From: Zygnema circumcarinatum SAG 698-1b
Taxonomy: Eukaryota; Plantae; Zygnematophyceae
Direction: 5' to 3'
Assembly: GCA_037447605.1 (NCBI GenBank)
Contig: CM074809.1
Span: forward strand, 3,090,689-3,154,688
DNA length: 64,000 nucleotides
Position 1 is the first letter of the stretch. Each line of letters begins with the position of its first letter. Under the pieces are notes generated by a model that ran no database searches, was not told the origin of the DNA, and was given only the letters and a program-made list of their open reading frames with translations. Below, piece by piece: positions 61,168 to 64,000 of this stretch. The position numbers and the translations under genes were made by a program.

Positions 61168-62244
61168 ATGGCTGCTTTGGCGAGGCAGGCGCTGAGCAGG
61201 GTTACGAGGCAGCCATGTCTCCGCGGCAGGTGAGGATGACGCTGGAGACTTTGCAGCTATTGGTTGTTCTTTGTCCGCTTTGTATTTGAGGAACTAGATG
61301 GATGGCCCATGTAGTGAGCCATATACAGCGGATGTGTTATTGTATTACGAATCTACTATAGGAGTGTCGTCATGAAGGACGTAAGAGCACCCTTAAGGAA
61401 CACTGCATGGGAGGAAATTTTACTGGGCTGCATCAAAGGCATGATATGTTTCAAACTTACAAGAGACTTGAACTCAATTGCACGTCTCCTGCATGCATTT
61501 GGATGCGATGAAACTATGTCAATTTTTTGTAATGAAGGTGACCAAGTTATTGAACTCACTTCAGGCATCGGCCATCACTGCTTTCCTTCCACTTTCAGGT
61601 GTCTGCTTGGCAGCAAACGCTGCACTACTATTAGTCATTTTTTTCTTACACCAATCTGGCCGTGTCATGTTATGTGCGCAGGAATGTGAGAGAAATACAT
61701 CATACGTACATAATGAAGCATGCGAGTGAAAGGGTGGATGAGAATTATGATCCAGTTCTAGCAGAAGTGAAGGATCCAAGCCATCCATATCCCGGAGTGG
61801 GGCCGGTAAAGGGACCTCAGCTTGATCCTGCGGTGAAGGGAGACACGCCAGACGACTCACGCGGCGGCGAGCTTCACTGGGCGGAGCCAAAGGAGCACAC
61901 GATGCAGAAGGCTGAAGAGATAACGAGGCAGACCTGGGAAACAGGAGCGCTGAAGGTATTCTTTCAAGCTGTTTCCACGTGATGCCTATTTGGGGACGAG
62001 GGAGTTCAATATTTTATGCTTTCGAGCATTATATATATTGAAATGTTAGCATCTGACAAATGTCTCGGTTACGCCTGCCGGCTTTAATGGCTCCAGACTG
62101 CTTCATTAGTGCGGCTCTGCATAGACCATTTCCTCCCTTGGTTGGCAATGCAGGACTTGTTTCTGATTGCAAAGTGCTGACCTTTTTCTTCCTTCTGATT
62201 ATTGGCTTTCTCAGGATGCAAGACCGCTGGAACCCGAAAATTAA
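61168..62244 (+). CDS. Small hydrophilic protein of unknown function with mitochondrial-presequence-like N-terminus (about 121 aa)
   Basis: Exons 61168-61229, 61682-61955 and 62215-62244 join in phase at GT-AG sites: MAALARQALSRVTRQPCLRGRNVREIHHTYIMKHASERVDENYDPVLAEVKDPSHPYPGVGPVKGPQLDPAVKGDTPDDSRGGELHWAEPKEHTMQKAEEITRQTWETGALKDARPLEPEN*. Confidence 0.6.
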
Positions 62245-64000
62245 GCAGTCAGGCCAATAAGAAAATGAAGAGCTTGGCTCGTGCAGCTTTTTCAGTAGTG
62301 CTCAGAGCTTCTATTCGGTGTCAAGATAGATAGAAAGTGTCTTTTGCCGTGCCATATGCGTGTGCAGTATCCACCATATATGGAATTGTTTAGCTTTTGT
62401 TCGCCTGCGTTTTGATGGAAGTTCGGCAGATTGAGGGTCGGAGGGCTTTGATACATAAGAATGTTTGTACTTTACACTATGTACGTTATTCTGTATACTT
62501 CTGGCATAAACCATTCCAGCCGTGTTGACGCCAGTCATCATGTTGTAAACATTTTTCAGTTTCGTAAATTGGTAGTGATTTCCCATCATGAAACGCTTAA
62601 GTGCATGTTCATGAGATCACCCGCCCTGACATATGGTAATGCAAATCATTTGGGTGTAGGATCTCAGCAAGAGATTTAACTACGGCGTTACTTCAAGCAG
62701 CTCCTTTCAAAGAGAGCCAATCACAAAACTTAGCTCTCTGTTTCTGCAATCTTTTGGAAGTGTATCGACGAGTTCGGCCCTTTCCTCAGAAGAGAATTCT
62801 GACAGAGAGGTGCTGTATCCCCCGTCAGCAGAGGAGGATATTGGCTTTGTCGATGAGGAGATTTGGTCGGGGGAGCATATCGGATCCGAGGCCAGCGGAA
62901 AGGCTAACCCTAACCCTCCTCCCTGTGAAATAAACGTTTCTGAGGAGGGAGATTGGGTGTGGTGGCATCAAAATCGTTGCGGTTTCCCTAACCATTTTGG
63001 CATCTACTCGAAGAAAGGCCTTTTCGGCAGGAAACCAACAACTTGGAGTGAAGCAACAAGAGAAGACTTTCCTTGAGGAAAGCTTCTGCAATTTGTCGCC
63101 AAGCATATTGTCAGACTTGGAACCTGGCTTCGCTAACCATTTGGAAAAGGTATCCTGGTCGAGCTTAAACTTGCTGCTAAAGAAGCATGAGCTGGAATAA
63201 AACATGTTATGTCTCATTTTTAGGGTATTTTGTTGAACAGAGGGCAGGTCTCGGGTACGTTTAGCGTTTCATCATACTTTTACATCAGCAATGCATGATG
63301 TGTGTGAAGCATTTGCTGCAATTCCTGCTTTGCTTTACTTTTGTACTGCTCGTCCCTGAACAGGTTGGGTCCGCGTTGACTCCTCATATCATCGATAGTT
63401 TTCTTTCTTCCAGAAGCTGAAGAGTCAAAACGCTTTGTTAATTTGCACTGCTTGACACAGTAGCTCGTAAGTCAATAAAGGCATCCCTTCTCAACAGAGT
63501 GCTATGGAGAAAACTACAGAACACCATATTCGATTGATGCACTTGATTTTGTTAGTGCGAAATTTATAAACTTCGTTTTCAATTTGAGGGCGCGTTTCAA
63601 TCCTTCACGAGTAATCCAAGCGCTTGTACAAGCTACATATAAGTTACGCTGGGCCTTCAAACGTTTTAGTTGTCTGCCTGATGTTTACTCGGTGAAGGTG
63701 CGTTCCAAGCAGTTAAATAGGAAGAGACATTTTTCCGAGCTTTTGCAGCGCTTGTATAAAGACGGGTAACTCATGGTACCAAGCTGCCATGTTGGACTTG
63801 AGAGTGGAGACGAAAGCTAGGAGCCTTTAATCCGATCGCATTTTCATCTTTGTGTGTGCCCATTCAATTATAACAAAGGTAACACTCAATTCTTGAAAGC
63901 TTAATTAGTACAGAAATCTCATTTGAATTCCTGTGAGTGCATTTTACAGAAAATGCCGCCAACGATTGTTTGTTTTTTTTTACAAACTTGGCATGTCCAC

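Noticed and set aside
62825-63217. Minus-strand ORF with PISLL...NILL spacing reminiscent of LINE reverse transcriptase; also plus-strand ORF 62810-63076
   Set aside because: No FxPGR, DFEKAYD or YADD motifs and weak overall similarity. It needs an HMM search and cannot be supported by eye.
1-64000. tRNA, rRNA or snoRNA genes
   Set aside because: No convincing cloverleaf, T-loop or rRNA signature seen by eye. tRNAscan-SE and Infernal were not run, so small ncRNAs are not excluded.

Overview
Intron-rich eukaryotic nuclear DNA from the green-plant lineage. A streptophyte alga or early land plant is inferred from the gene set (SDIR1, GT92, mTERF, Em-type LEA) and the ABRE/RY promoter motifs; the species cannot be identified from sequence. 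Bases 1-42 kb hold mostly ordinary multi-exon genes: glucosidase II alpha 3' end, SDIR1-like RING E3, KMO-like flavin monooxygenase, ABC1 kinase, an unusual GT92 glycosyltransferase, WDR76/CMR1, mTERF and an SRC2-like C2 protein. Bases 43-62 kb look like a stress-gene island. It has four 3-exon Em/LEA group 1 paralogues, none of them intact in the ORF track. It also has a small G-box-driven gene of unknown function, nested transposon relics, and two intronless paralogous genes for secreted tandem-repeat precursors. These two genes are the main candidate novel system. They share a signal/pro region and carry strongly cationic cores separated by acidic spacers: six poly-Arg blocks in one, eleven GKKxKKxKKGKKYPR-type blocks in the other. 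Both have paired W-boxes just upstream of a TATA box. All gene models were spliced by eye; no database searches were run.
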